From Spirochaetaceae bacterium (lineage in GTDB: Bacteria > Spirochaetota > Spirochaetia > DSM-2461): 64,000 nucleotides of DNA. A program made the translations under genes and the position numbers. The stretch spans positions 928,001-992,000 of the forward strand of contig OZ245056.1 of assembly GCA_965224705.1 (NCBI GenBank), written 5' to 3'. Shown one piece after another: positions 29,691 through 38,585 of this stretch. Every line of letters starts with the position of its first letter. Position 1 is the first letter of the stretch. The notes beneath the pieces were generated by a model that had not been told where the DNA came from, did not search any database, and was given only the letters and a program-made list of their open reading frames with translations.

Positions 29691-30870
29691 CGTCGAGTCT
29701 CAGACCCGGAGAAACCCACTTACTGATAAGCCATTCCCACATTCTATCCATAGCAACAGCCAGGAATATGAGCGGTATCACGCCCAGAAGTATCAGGTCC
29801 GGTGCAGCCTGTCCAAGGCCCTGGAAGATCATGATTCCCAAACCGCCAGCTCCAATGAGGGCCGCAACGGCCGTATTTCCCACCGCCTGTACCGAGGCCG
29901 TTCTCAGTCCGGCCAGAACATGGGGAAGGGCGATTGGCCATCGGACTCTCAAAAAAAGTTGCCGGGTCGGCATTCCCATACCTCTTCCTACATCCAATAC
30001 AGCCTCGGAAACCCAGTCAAGGCCGGCTATCGTATTCCTCACCACGGGGAGCATGGCATATAGAGTCAGGGCTATCAAGGCCGGTGCAGCACCAACTCCG
30101 CTGATTCCCATTGTTTTCAGAAGCGGCCAGGCCTGGGAAAGAGCTGCAAGGGGGGTCATCAGAAGACCAAACAAGGCCATGGATGGTATCGTCTGAGCCC
30201 CGTCAACGAATGCAATGAGTGGTCCAGCCAATCGCCGATGGACAGACGCCAGTATACCGAGGGGAATTCCTATAATACCTGCGAAAAAAATGGCAAGTGA
30301 AAAAAGTTTGAAGTGAACCAGGCACTCCTCCAGAAAACGGCTGCGGCGGGCTGTAAATTCCTGGAAGACTGAAACAGAAGCCCCCCGGCCTCCGGCGAAA
30401 ATCAACAGGATCGGCAGCAGCAGCACAAGGGCCAGAGTAATATGCCTCCCTTTACCGCGTTTCAGTTTTGCATGATCTATAAGGATGTATCCTGCAACAG
30501 GCAGTCCCCAAAAGCCCAGAGCAGGACTTACTCTTGGGGCAACACCGGCATTCAGAAAGGTACCTGCTCTCACAAGCAGAGCACTGCTTAACCAGAAACA
30601 CATCAATCCTGCAATAAGGTAGACCATCTTCTGCCAGTTCTGTGTTTCGCTGGATTTTTCCGTGCGTGCTGCAGCCAGTATAACAGCTGCCACCGTCAAC
30701 ATCCCGAGAGTCAGTAGCATTGGACCCGCCAGAACTGTTCCGTTCATCAGAACACCTTCGACAACCCGATTTTCCTTCAGGGCGGCGAAGGGGGTAAAAA
30801 ATGATACAGATCCCACAAGCAGAGAGATGATGGGGAGGGGATCAATATGACGCTTCTGTAACGAGGTCAG
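29683..30870 (-). CDS. Osmoprotectant ABC transporter long permease (YehY-like)
   Basis: QTIPSMALFG, GRGMGM, GAGGLG, QGLGQ.APDLILLG; frame stays open upstream to a CTG at 30870, so the start is uncertain. Confidence 0.9.
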   Translation of the reverse strand: MTSLQKRHIDPLPIISLLVGSVSFFTPFAALKENRVVEGVLMNGTVLAGPMLLTLGMLTVAAVILAAARTEKSSETQNWQKMVYLIAGLMCFWLSSALLVRAGTFLNAGVAPRVSPALGFWGLPVAGYILIDHAKLKRGKGRHITLALVLLLPILLIFAGGRGASVSVFQEFTARRSRFLEECLVHFKLFSLAIFFAGIIGIPLGILASVHRRLAGPLIAFVDGAQTIPSMALFGLLMTPLAALSQAWPLLKTMGISGVGAAPALIALTLYAMLPVVRNTIAGLDWVSEAVLDVGRGMGMPTRQLFLRVRWPIALPHVLAGLRTASVQAVGNTAVAALIGAGGLGIMIFQGLGQAAPDLILLGVIPLIFLAVAMDRMWEWLISKWVSPGLRLDGG

Positions 30871-31826
30871 TTAATAAAACCTTTTTCCTTCAGCCATCCA
30901 CTGGCCACATCAGCGGCAGGTATCCCTTCAACAGCAATTCTGGCATTCAATGTTTGAAGGGTGACCAGATCCATCGTTGTGAATACGGGATTGAGGAGAG
31001 CGGCCAGTTCTGGGTACTCAGACAGGACGGCAGCTCGAACACGGGGTGCTGGTTCGTAAACCGGCTGAACTCCCATGTTATCTTCCAGAACAAGTAGACC
31101 AAGGGCGGCCAGCGGTCCATCGGTTCCATAGGCCATGGCGGCATTAACACCGTCCGTACCGCGAGCGGCTGTCTGCTCGGTCATGGCTGTATTCCCGCCG
31201 GAAAGAACCAGAAGTTGATCCTGTGTCAGTTCAAATCCGTATGCTTCCTGAAATGCCGGCAGGGAATCCGGGCGGCTTACAAATTCTTCCGAACCGGCCA
31301 GTTTCACGTATCCCCCAGAATTCACATAAGCGGCAAAATCACTCAGGGTTTTTAGATCCTCTCTGTCGGCCAGATCACCCCTGATGGCTATGGCCCAGGT
31401 ATTGTTTGCCGGAGCAGGTTCAAGCCATATGATATCAAAGGCTGCTCGATCCAATTCGCGAACCGCATCCAGAGCACCCTTCCTGTCCTTCCAGTCGTCT
31501 CCATAATCGTTGGGCATGAAGAACCAGTTTCCATTGCCGGTATACTCAGGATACATATCCACTTCACCTGTCTCCAGAGCCCGCCTCACCACATCGGTGG
31601 GACCAAGTTCTGTCTTGTCAATCACCTTGAAACCCGCATTCTCCAGAATCAAACGCATGACATTTCCCAGAAGAGCACCTTCTGTATCAATTTTGGATGC
31701 AATGGTAATGGGCCCCTTCAGGACTTCTTCATCCTGCCTTCGGACAAAAAGACCCACTGCCAATGCGGCCAGCAGAACTGCCAGCACAACTGTCAATATA
31801 ATAAATTTACTCAGTTTAATTTTCAC
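30867..31826 (-). CDS. Osmoprotectant ABC transporter substrate-binding protein (YehZ/OsmF-like)
   Basis: IASKIDTEGALLG, YPEYTGNG, PANNTWAIA, AMAYGTDG, QPVYEPAP. Confidence 0.93.
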   Translation of the reverse strand: MKIKLSKFIILTVVLAVLLAALAVGLFVRRQDEEVLKGPITIASKIDTEGALLGNVMRLILENAGFKVIDKTELGPTDVVRRALETGEVDMYPEYTGNGNWFFMPNDYGDDWKDRKGALDAVRELDRAAFDIIWLEPAPANNTWAIAIRGDLADREDLKTLSDFAAYVNSGGYVKLAGSEEFVSRPDSLPAFQEAYGFELTQDQLLVLSGGNTAMTEQTAARGTDGVNAAMAYGTDGPLAALGLLVLEDNMGVQPVYEPAPRVRAAVLSEYPELAALLNPVFTTMDLVTLQTLNARIAVEGIPAADVASGWLKEKGFIN

Positions 31827-31923
31827 TGCAATATAGACCTCTATACTCAGCGTACATTGTCCAGGAATAAGAGTACATACTCAGCAGTAGCATATTTAAG
31901 CAATTTAATATAGAATAAAAGCG

Positions 31924-32295
31924 ATGATTGACCTTCGATCGGATACGGTTACCCAACCTTCCACTTCCATGCGCAAGGCTATGGCCAACGCAATAACAGG
32001 GGGCAATGTTCTCCGGGAAGACCCTACAAGTCTTGAACTGAAAAGAAAATCGGCCGCTCTCACTGGCAGGGAAGCTTCACTGTTCACGCCATCGGGGACT
32101 TTTGCCAATCAATTGTCTCTGTTTACCTGGTGCCCCGGAGGGGGAGAGGTATACCTGGGTGAAAATACTCACATCATTCAGCATGAAGAATTTGCCCGCA
32201 TATCAGGTGTTCTTACCCGGCCCTGTCTGCCCAACAGCGGTCACTGGATACGGTGGAATAATACTGAACCCCGCATAATAGAAGGGTTGCAATGA
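31924..32295 (+). pseudogene. ltaE: Truncated low-specificity L-threonine aldolase (N-terminal third only)
   Basis: MIDLRSDTVTQP, EDPT, PSGTFANQL, HI..HE; ends at 123 aa before the PLP lysine; GDDV motif altered to GGNV. Confidence 0.8.
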
Positions 32296-32792
32296 GTCCC
32301 TCCGATATACAGTTATTTGTTGACCTTGACGGTGTTCTGGTCGATTTTAACTCAGGTGTTATTCAAGCAACCGGCCTGACTCCCGAACAACAGTCTCCTC
32401 AACAAATGTGGCCGATTCTTGCACGAACTCCGGAATTTTATGCTCATCTTGACTGGATGAGCGATGGTAAAAAACTCTGGAATGCTCTCCGCGTTTTCAA
32501 TCCAGTTATACTGACGGGTGTTCCATGGGGAAATTGGGCTGGACAGCAGAAAAGAGACTGGTGTGCAAGGGAACTTGGTGAGTCGGTTCCGGTCATTACT
32601 GGCCTATCCAGCAAAAAAGCTGACCTTGCATGGACCTGGCTGGAAGAAAATAGTCTTTCCGACCGTCTGCATCTCCTCATTGATGACAGGCTGAGACTCA
32701 AGAACAAGTGGGAGGATTCCGGAGGAACTTTCATTTTTCATACTTCAACGGAGGATACTTTTGCCCAGCTCGGAAGTCTGGGGATACTTTGA
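32292..32792 (+). CDS. HAD-superfamily 5'(3')-nucleotidase-like protein
   Basis: FVDLDGVLVDF, ILTG, KRDW, LIDD, W...GG.FI.H. Confidence 0.85.
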   Translation: MSPSDIQLFVDLDGVLVDFNSGVIQATGLTPEQQSPQQMWPILARTPEFYAHLDWMSDGKKLWNALRVFNPVILTGVPWGNWAGQQKRDWCARELGESVPVITGLSSKKADLAWTWLEENSLSDRLHLLIDDRLRLKNKWEDSGGTFIFHTSTEDTFAQLGSLGIL

Positions 32793-32943
32793 GGATACCT
32801 CATTACAACAAGCTTTCTGACACTATATAAGTATTTCAGAATTACCTTCCTCCACTGGGTGTCATCCTTATCAAACAAAACACCGCCAGCCTGAAATTTG
32901 ATATCTTCAACTATTTCACTCCATTCAACCTGGTCAGCTATAA

Positions 32944-33066
32944 TTGGAAAAGGCCTGGGAAGAAGGCATAACGCAAACAGTCAAAGGCTTCAAGGCCACC
33001 GGAGCCGACATGGAGCTCATCATCAAGGTCACCGGCCTGAGTGAAGAAGAGATCCAGAAGCTCTAA
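32944..33066 (+). pseudogene. Isolated Rpn C-terminal module (40 codons)
   Basis: (L)EKAWEEGITQTVKGFKATGADMELIIKVTGLSEEEIQKL*, homologous to the tails of the downstream Rpn genes. Confidence 0.75.
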
Positions 33067-33180
33067 CAGAAACAAATCTCCCCCGACCCCTCCCGTGCGC
33101 CCCCCTGTATTTGAAACTTCATCACAGAAAACCTTATGCACCTGGTAGCCTGTCGCCGAAGCCTCCGTGAGAGACACTCA

Positions 33181-33209
33181 TTGACAACACTCCCCGCCAC
33201 TGATATACT
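33181..33209 (+). promoter_or_regulatory. Sigma-70 promoter of Rpn copy A (repeated at 35501-35529)
   Basis: TTGACA-N17-TATACT with TGn extension, ending 10 nt before the ATG at 33220. Confidence 0.8.
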
Positions 33210-33219
33210 TTCTCTGGTC

Positions 33220-34047
33220 ATGAGCAAGTATATCAATCCAATGAACGACTTTTTCATGCGCTATCTGCTGGGAAGCAAGGGCAGCGAAAACGATTGCCGC
33301 GGCTTCGTCAACGCCGTTCTTAAGGATTTTGATTTCCCGGCGGTGAGCAGCCTGGTCATTCTCAATCCTTTCAACCTGAAGGATTATCACGGATACAAGG
33401 AAAGTGTTATAGACTGCCGGGCGCAATCCGACGATGGCAGGGTGTTCAACATAGAGATTCAGACAAGCCAGTTAAGGGATTTCGATAAGAAAACACTGTT
33501 TTACTGGGCCAAGGCCTACACCTCCCCTCTGGAGGAGGGCCATGGATACGGTGAACTTTCACCGGTGATCAGTATTAACCTGTTGGACTTTGTTTTGTGG
33601 CCGGAGTTGGAGCAGGTGCACAGTTGTTTCATGCTCAAGGAGCTGAGAAACCCGGACTGCGTTTTTTCGAAGGACATCATTGTTCATTGTCTGGAAGCTC
33701 CCAAGTTGGAAGACCACCTGCAGGGTTTAGGCGCGAGACTGCGTGGATGGCTGGCCTATTTGAAATCGGAAGGCAAAGTGCCGGAGACAGAACTGTGGGA
33801 AATAATAAAGGAGGATCCCGTGTTACAGGAAGCCCATAAAAGATACAATAAATTCTTAAGCGATCCTGAATTGATGGAGGCCTACGAGGGCAGGCAGAAA
33901 TGGCTGCATGATCAGGCGACAATCAGGGACGAAGGCTTTGAGGACGGCATAATGCAAACAGTCAAAGGCTTCAAGGCCGCCGGAGCCGACATGGAACTCA
34001 TCATCAAGGCCACCGGCTTGAGCAAAGAAGAGATCCAGAAGCTCTAA
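33220..34047 (+). CDS. Rpn-family PD-(D/E)XK nuclease, copy A (intact)
   Basis: INPMNDFFMRYLLG, KESVIDCRA...FNIEIQ, FYWAKAY, PVISINLLDF, C-terminal IIKATGLSKEEI; start placed after the promoter. Confidence 0.92.
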   Translation: MSKYINPMNDFFMRYLLGSKGSENDCRGFVNAVLKDFDFPAVSSLVILNPFNLKDYHGYKESVIDCRAQSDDGRVFNIEIQTSQLRDFDKKTLFYWAKAYTSPLEEGHGYGELSPVISINLLDFVLWPELEQVHSCFMLKELRNPDCVFSKDIIVHCLEAPKLEDHLQGLGARLRGWLAYLKSEGKVPETELWEIIKEDPVLQEAHKRYNKFLSDPELMEAYEGRQKWLHDQATIRDEGFEDGIMQTVKGFKAAGADMELIIKATGLSKEEIQKL

Positions 34048-34317
34048 CAGAAACAAATCTCCCCCCGCAGCCTCCCCGGCATTTGAGCCCCCACCTCCAT
34101 GTCCTCCGTGCCTCCGTGAGAAACACCCCAAAAAACTCATTTCGATCCCCCAGAACCATTATCCTCATTTTACCGGGAACCCTGGAAAGAAAACCACCAA
34201 ATTTTGTGTCTTTCGTGCCTTTCGTGGTAAGAAATCCTCTCAATCTGCTTCCTGCCTCTTTTTATGAACCACGAACCACACGAAAAGCACGAAAAGATTT
34301 CATCCGTTATTCCTTAA

Positions 34318-34413
34318 ATGCAAACAGTCAAAAACTTCAAGGCCGCTGGCGCCGACATGGAACTCATCATCAAGGCCACCGGCCTGAGCGAAGAAGAGAT
34401 CCGAAAACTCTAA
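34318..34413 (+). CDS. Free-standing 31-aa Rpn C-terminal mini-ORF
   Basis: ATG...TAA encoding MQTVKNFKAAGADMELIIKATGLSEEEIRKL; homology begins at the ATG equivalent to 33952 of copy A; no SD seen. Confidence 0.55.
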   Translation: MQTVKNFKAAGADMELIIKATGLSEEEIRKL

Positions 34414-34515
34414 CAAAAACAAATCTCCCCAAGGCCTCCTGCATTTGAAATTCCCCCGTATCCTCCGTGAGAAATATCCCTTGCATAAATACCAAAACTC
34501 CCGTAATGTAGAATC

Positions 34516-35388
34516 ATGGAAACAACCAGACCATTTGATCCGCTGTCTGACTTGTTTGCCCGTGCCCTTCTGGGCGATGAGAAAAACACCAGCCTGCTGA
34601 CGAATTTCATCAACGCGTTTTTAACCCCAAAGGGATTAAGTCCGGTCATCAGCGTCGATATACTAACCCCTACAACCTGAAAGAGTACTTCAACGACAAG
34701 GAAACCGGATGTCAAGGCAAGAGACAGCCACAAGCGCATCATCGACATAGAAATACAGATTTCCACCGGCGAGTATTTTGCCAATCGCAGTCTGCTCTAC
34801 TGGGCAAAGAACTACCAGAGCCAATTGAAGAAATCGGATGTGTACACCATGCTCAATCCGGTTATTTGCCTCAATCTGGTTGGCACACCCCTTTTTCCAC
34901 AGTTGGAGGAGTATTACACCTGCTTTCACATTACGGAAAAGGATAATCCGGAGTTGGTGTTGACGGATCATCTGTGCATCATGTTCATGGAGCTGTCGAA
35001 GATGAACTTTCCCAACAAGGACAAATTGACTTTTGAGAGCGACTTTGAGCGATGGTGCTATTTTTTCAAGTACGAAGGTTACTTAAAGGAGGAGGAGATG
35101 ACAGTGCTATTGGGAGACAACTCGCATATTCAGGAGGCCCATAAACTCTACACCACATTCACCGCCGATCAAGCCATGCTTGATCGGCTGGAGGCCAGGG
35201 AGAAATGGAGACGGGATTACCTTAGCGGTCTGGATGAATCCTGGAACAATGGCAGGGAAAAAGGCCGAGAAGAAGGTAAGGAAGAAGGCATAATGCAAAC
35301 AGCCAAAGGCTTAAAGATCGCCGGAGTTTCCCTTGACATCATCATCAAGGCCACCGGCCTGAGCGAAGAAGAGATCCAGAAGCTCTAA
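34516..35388 (+). pseudogene. Rpn-family nuclease, copy B (divergent, frameshifted)
   Basis: METTRPFDPLSDLFARALLG start; 1-nt loss near 34666 gives TGA at 34678; a second indel near 34707 restores the frame (DVKARD...DIEIQ, YWAKNY). Confidence 0.88.
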
Positions 35389-35539
35389 CAGAAATTAATC
35401 TCCCACCCCTCCCGTGCGTCCCCCCTGTATTTGAAGCTCCATCACAGAAAACCTTATGCACCTGGTAGCCTGTCGCCGAAGCCTCCGTGAGAGACACTCA
35501 TTGACAACACTCCCTGCCACTGATATACTTACTCTGGTC

Positions 35540-36546
35540 ATGAACAAGTATATCAATCCAATGAACGACTTCTTCATGCGCTATCTGCTGGGAAGCAAGG
35601 GTAGCGAAAACGATTGCCGCGGCTTTGTCAACGCCGTTCTTAAGGACTTTGATTTCCCGGCGGTGAGCAGCCTGGTCATTCTCAATCCTTTCAACCTGAA
35701 GGATTATCACGGATACAAGGAAAGTGTTATAGACTGCCGGGCGCAATCCGACGACGGCAGGGTGTTCAACATAGAGATTCAGACGAGCCAGTTAAGGGAT
35801 TTCGATAAGAAAACACTGTTTTACTGGGGCAAGGCCTACACCTCCCCTCTGGAGGAGGGCCATGGATACGGTGAACTTTCACCGGTGATCAGCATTAACC
35901 TGTTGGATTTTGTTTTGTGGCCAGAGTTGGAGCAGGTGCACAGTTGTTTCATGCTCAAGGAGCTGAGAAATCCAGACTGCGTTTTTTCGAAGGATATTAT
36001 TGTTCATTGTCTGGAAGCTCCCAAGTTGGAAGACCACCTGCAGGGTTTAGGCGCGAGACTGCGTGGATGGCTGGCCTATTTGAAATCGGAAGGCAAAGTG
36101 CCGGAAACGGAACTATGGGAAATAATAAAGGGCACCTCTAAAAAACCCGCTTTCGGAATCTGGCGTAGAAATTTTTCACTGATACAAGGCGACAAAAGCG
36201 GAGCGTAGCTGGGCTACGTGAGCATTTTGGCAACGCAGCAGCAGTGGTAAAGATCAAGCCAGAAACGGAATGGGTGTTTTTTAGAGGTGCCCTAAAGGAG
36301 GATCCCGTGTTACAGGAAGCCCATAAAAAATACAATAAATTCTTAAGCGATCCTGAATTGATGGAGGCCTACGAGGGCAGGCAGAAATGGCTGCATGATC
36401 AGGCGACAATCAGGGACGAAGGCTTTGAGGACGGCAGAGAAGAAGGCATAAACCAAACAGCCAGGCGATTAAAGGCCGCCGGAGCCGACATGGAACTCAT
36501 CATCAAGGCCACCGGCCTGAGCGAAGAAGAGATCCGAAAACTCTAA
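35540..36546 (+). pseudogene. Rpn-family nuclease, copy A' (near-identical to A, interrupted by a MITE)
   Basis: Near-identical to 33220-34047, including ~150 bp upstream; split at 36130-36292. Confidence 0.92.
36130..36292 (+). mobile_element. MITE family B (163 bp)
   Basis: Perfect 17-bp TIR GGGCACCTCTAAAAAAC; TAAA duplication (36126-36129, 36293-36296); empty site visible in the paralog at 33806-33809. Confidence 0.95.
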
Positions 36547-36685
36547 CAAAAACAAATCTCCCCAAGGCCTCCGTGTGAAAGCCTCCCTGTGGAGATTTGC
36601 GGCTCCCAGAGCCAGAGCAGCCGGGTCGATTCACCGTCTTGCAAGCTCAGCTTCCTTAGTTCTTATCCCAGATCATCGTTTGATT

Positions 36686-37573
36686 CTATGTCGGAATGAT
36701 AGCTTTTCCTATTACTCGGCGTTCAGGCAGGCCGGCCACATCCATCTGCACCGCAAACACCGCCCCGGCCAAAGGCTGTTCATCTCGCTGGTGCGCACTC
36801 AGCCCCTCATGGGCTGAGGTAACATACAATGTCTTCAGATCATCTCCGCCGAAGGCCGGACAGGTGACTTGTGCAGCCGGCAGGCTGATCGCGCGCACAA
36901 ACATCCCGTCAGGATCATAACAGGCCACACGACCGGCCCCCCATTGAGCATTCCAGAGACACCCTGCCTCATCAATCACCGCCCCGTCCGGGTTCAGCCC
37001 GTCTGCGGATAGGTCCGTAAATAAGCACGGCTTATCTGTCGGCCAGCCGGTCTCTGGATCAATGGCTACCTGCATAATTTTCTGTTCTGGCGTATCACAG
37101 AAATAGGCGGTTCGGCCATCTGGTGAAAAACAGGTGGCATTGGGGATAGATACATCCGCAAACAGGCGTTCACACTGCCCGCCGTGGATATGATAGACTG
37201 CCCCTGCCGCCGGTTCCAACTTGCGGCCCATCGTCCCAAACCAGATCGCCTCACCTGGGGCCACACGGCTGTCATTGGCCCGTGTGTTCGCCTTATCCTG
37301 TTCTATCGGCATCACCAGCTCATATCCGCCGATCTCAGGGTACAGACTGTACAGCCCGCTTGCCCCGGCTACCAGCAGCTGATCTGTGTCTGTCAGGAAT
37401 ACCGCTGACACCGGCTCGCCAAAGCCGACTGTTTTTATCAGCCCTGTCTGTCCGTCACCGATAAACAGGGTTTGACCGATTATATCACACCAGATAAGAC
37501 AATTTGTCTTCTGATCCCAGACCGGGCCTTCCCCCAGCTCATTTTTGACCGGAAACGCAACCTCATATGTCAC
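36686..37573 (-). CDS. SMP-30/gluconolactonase family sugar lactonase
   Basis: LGEGPVWD, RANDSR, IPNATCFSPDG, PDGAVID..G.LWNAQW, TCPAFGG.DL.TLYVTSA. Confidence 0.93.
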   Translation of the reverse strand: MTYEVAFPVKNELGEGPVWDQKTNCLIWCDIIGQTLFIGDGQTGLIKTVGFGEPVSAVFLTDTDQLLVAGASGLYSLYPEIGGYELVMPIEQDKANTRANDSRVAPGEAIWFGTMGRKLEPAAGAVYHIHGGQCERLFADVSIPNATCFSPDGRTAYFCDTPEQKIMQVAIDPETGWPTDKPCLFTDLSADGLNPDGAVIDEAGCLWNAQWGAGRVACYDPDGMFVRAISLPAAQVTCPAFGGDDLKTLYVTSAHEGLSAHQRDEQPLAGAVFAVQMDVAGLPERRVIGKAIIPT

Positions 37574-37769
37574 ATCACACCTCTGTTTTTATTGACCGAG
37601 AATTCTTCATCAACAGCTGCAAAGAGCCACCATAAGTTTTCACACATGTATTCGTCTCATTGTTTTGTTCAAAATCAGAAATTAGCCACAGTCGTCTTTC
37701 ATAAACAATCTCTTTTTTCACATGTATCACCTTAGGTGCCCCTTACTTCATAAGAGTCAATACAATCCC

Positions 37770-38549
37770 TCAGCTTGGCCAGTTGCCGCCGTCCACATTC
37801 AGACACTGCTGGGTAATGTAATCCGAATCGGAAGAGGCAAAAAACACTGCGGCACCTGCCAGGTCATCTGGCTGTTCAATGCGGCCCAGAGGAATACCTT
37901 CCGTGAATTTACGTTTCGGCTCACCTTTTTCCCATCCGAGAATTTTTGCAAACTGCTCGTCCACTTTTTCCCAGAACGGTGTATCTACAATTCCTGGAGC
38001 AAGTGCATTCACATTGATCTTATGTTCTGCGAAGGCCAACGCGATGGATTGATTCATGCTGATAACCGCCGCTTTGGTAGCACAATACGCCATAACCAGA
38101 GACTCGCCCCGGCGTCCGGCCTGGGAAGCCATGTTGATTATCTTTCCACCCCGGCCCTGTTCTATCATGACCTTGCCGACTTCTTGACTGAAAAACATGA
38201 GTCCTGCGCAATTGATGTCAAACATGAGTTTGAAATCTTCATACGTCGTGTCCATAAAGGGAATGATTTTCCCCATACCGGCGTTGTTCACCAGGATGTC
38301 AATACCGCCAAGTGTCTCGACCGTTTCCCTTACAACTGACTTGATCTCACTCCTTATCGCCACATTGCATTTCAGAGCAAGCGCCTTGCCCCCCGCAGCC
38401 TCAATTTCTCCGGCCACTTTCTTCGCATTCTCTTCACTCAGATCGGCGACGACAACCCTGGCACCTTCCTGGCCATAGCGGAGCGATATCCCCCGGCCTA
38501 TGCCGGCTCCTCCCCCGGTTACGATGGCGACTTTATCCTTTAACTTCAT
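37770..38549 (-). CDS. SDR oxidoreductase, sorbitol/L-iditol dehydrogenase-like
   Basis: TGGGAGIG, NNAG, ASQAGRRGE, YCATK, NVDGGNW; start at MKLKDK after AGGAGG. Confidence 0.9.
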   Translation of the reverse strand: MKLKDKVAIVTGGGAGIGRGISLRYGQEGARVVVADLSEENAKKVAGEIEAAGGKALALKCNVAIRSEIKSVVRETVETLGGIDILVNNAGMGKIIPFMDTTYEDFKLMFDINCAGLMFFSQEVGKVMIEQGRGGKIINMASQAGRRGESLVMAYCATKAAVISMNQSIALAFAEHKINVNALAPGIVDTPFWEKVDEQFAKILGWEKGEPKRKFTEGIPLGRIEQPDDLAGAAVFFASSDSDYITQQCLNVDGGNWPS

Positions 38550-38585
38550 ATTCTTCCTCCTGGGCAAGTTGCCCTAATTTTCCCC

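Noticed and set aside
32944..36546. Diversity-generating retroelement (repeated C-terminal tails as TR/VR)
   Set aside because: Differences among the tails involve C, G and T as well as A, and there is no reverse transcriptase in the window.
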